A stretch of 55,635 nucleotides of DNA. Source: an uncultured Clostridia bacterium (lineage in GTDB: Bacteria; Bacillota; Clostridia; TANB77; CAG-508). The stretch is from contig CANRHQ010000005.1 of assembly GCA_947630445.1 (NCBI GenBank), positions 1 to 55,635 on the forward strand, in the 5' to 3' direction. This document shows, piece after piece, positions 55,626 through 55,635 of the stretch (position 1 is the stretch's first letter; every line of letters begins with the position of its first letter). Both the position numbers and the translations under genes were made by a program. The notes beneath the pieces were generated by a model. It was not told the DNA's origin and made no database searches. It worked only from the letters and a program-made list of their open reading frames with translations.

Positions 55626-55635
55626 GCATTTTACT

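Overview
This is a very AT-rich chromosomal window from a low-GC Gram-positive bacterium (Bacillota, Clostridia-like by gene content and order). Almost all genes are on the minus strand.

**Housekeeping backbone:** clpC; an ftsK-led operon (ftsK, a 500-aa coiled-coil protein, a beta-CASP MBL nuclease, a GH15 hydrolase); rsmD; divIVA; sepF; miaA; mutL; mreB; and era-yqzL-recO.

**Accessory content:**
- Four paralogous genes start at 86(-), 777(+), 6911(-) and 55512(-). All begin with the same prepilin-like module (basic leader, Gly, ITLIALVVTIVVLLILAG) but carry unrelated C-terminal cargo: an SGNH esterase, an unknown repeat-containing domain, and an FGE/C-type-lectin-like domain.
- A cell-envelope glycopolymer region of about 24 kb spans 25357-49753. 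It has a polyprenyl-phosphate sugar module, an LtaS-like transferase, galE, several GT2 genes, two DUF2142 GT-C-like proteins, a GT2/DUF2304 pair, an ABC exporter and a methyltransferase with a coiled-coil tail. It is interrupted by two secreted peptidoglycan hydrolases (M14 and GH25) that share an unassigned tandem repeat of about 115 aa.
- An LPXTG-anchored VWA protein and a 38-aa Cys/Gly-rich membrane peptide.

**Two signals stand out:**
1. Conserved promoter cassettes bounded by inverted repeats sit in front of the pilin-like genes. The one at 6934-7117 has perfect 29-bp inverted repeats around a near-consensus promoter that points away from its gene, which suggests a phase-variable inverton in the OFF state.
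2. The last 150 nt or so of the pilin-like FGE gene (54106-54262) switch abruptly to adenine-avoiding and NNC/NNT codons. That is the signature of a diversity-generating retroelement (DGR) variable region. No template repeat or reverse transcriptase is present in this window.

I recognised no rRNA, tRNA, CRISPR array, transposase, recombinase or reverse transcriptase. All product calls come from motifs read by eye in the supplied translations. No database search was possible, so family names are recognition-level assignments.
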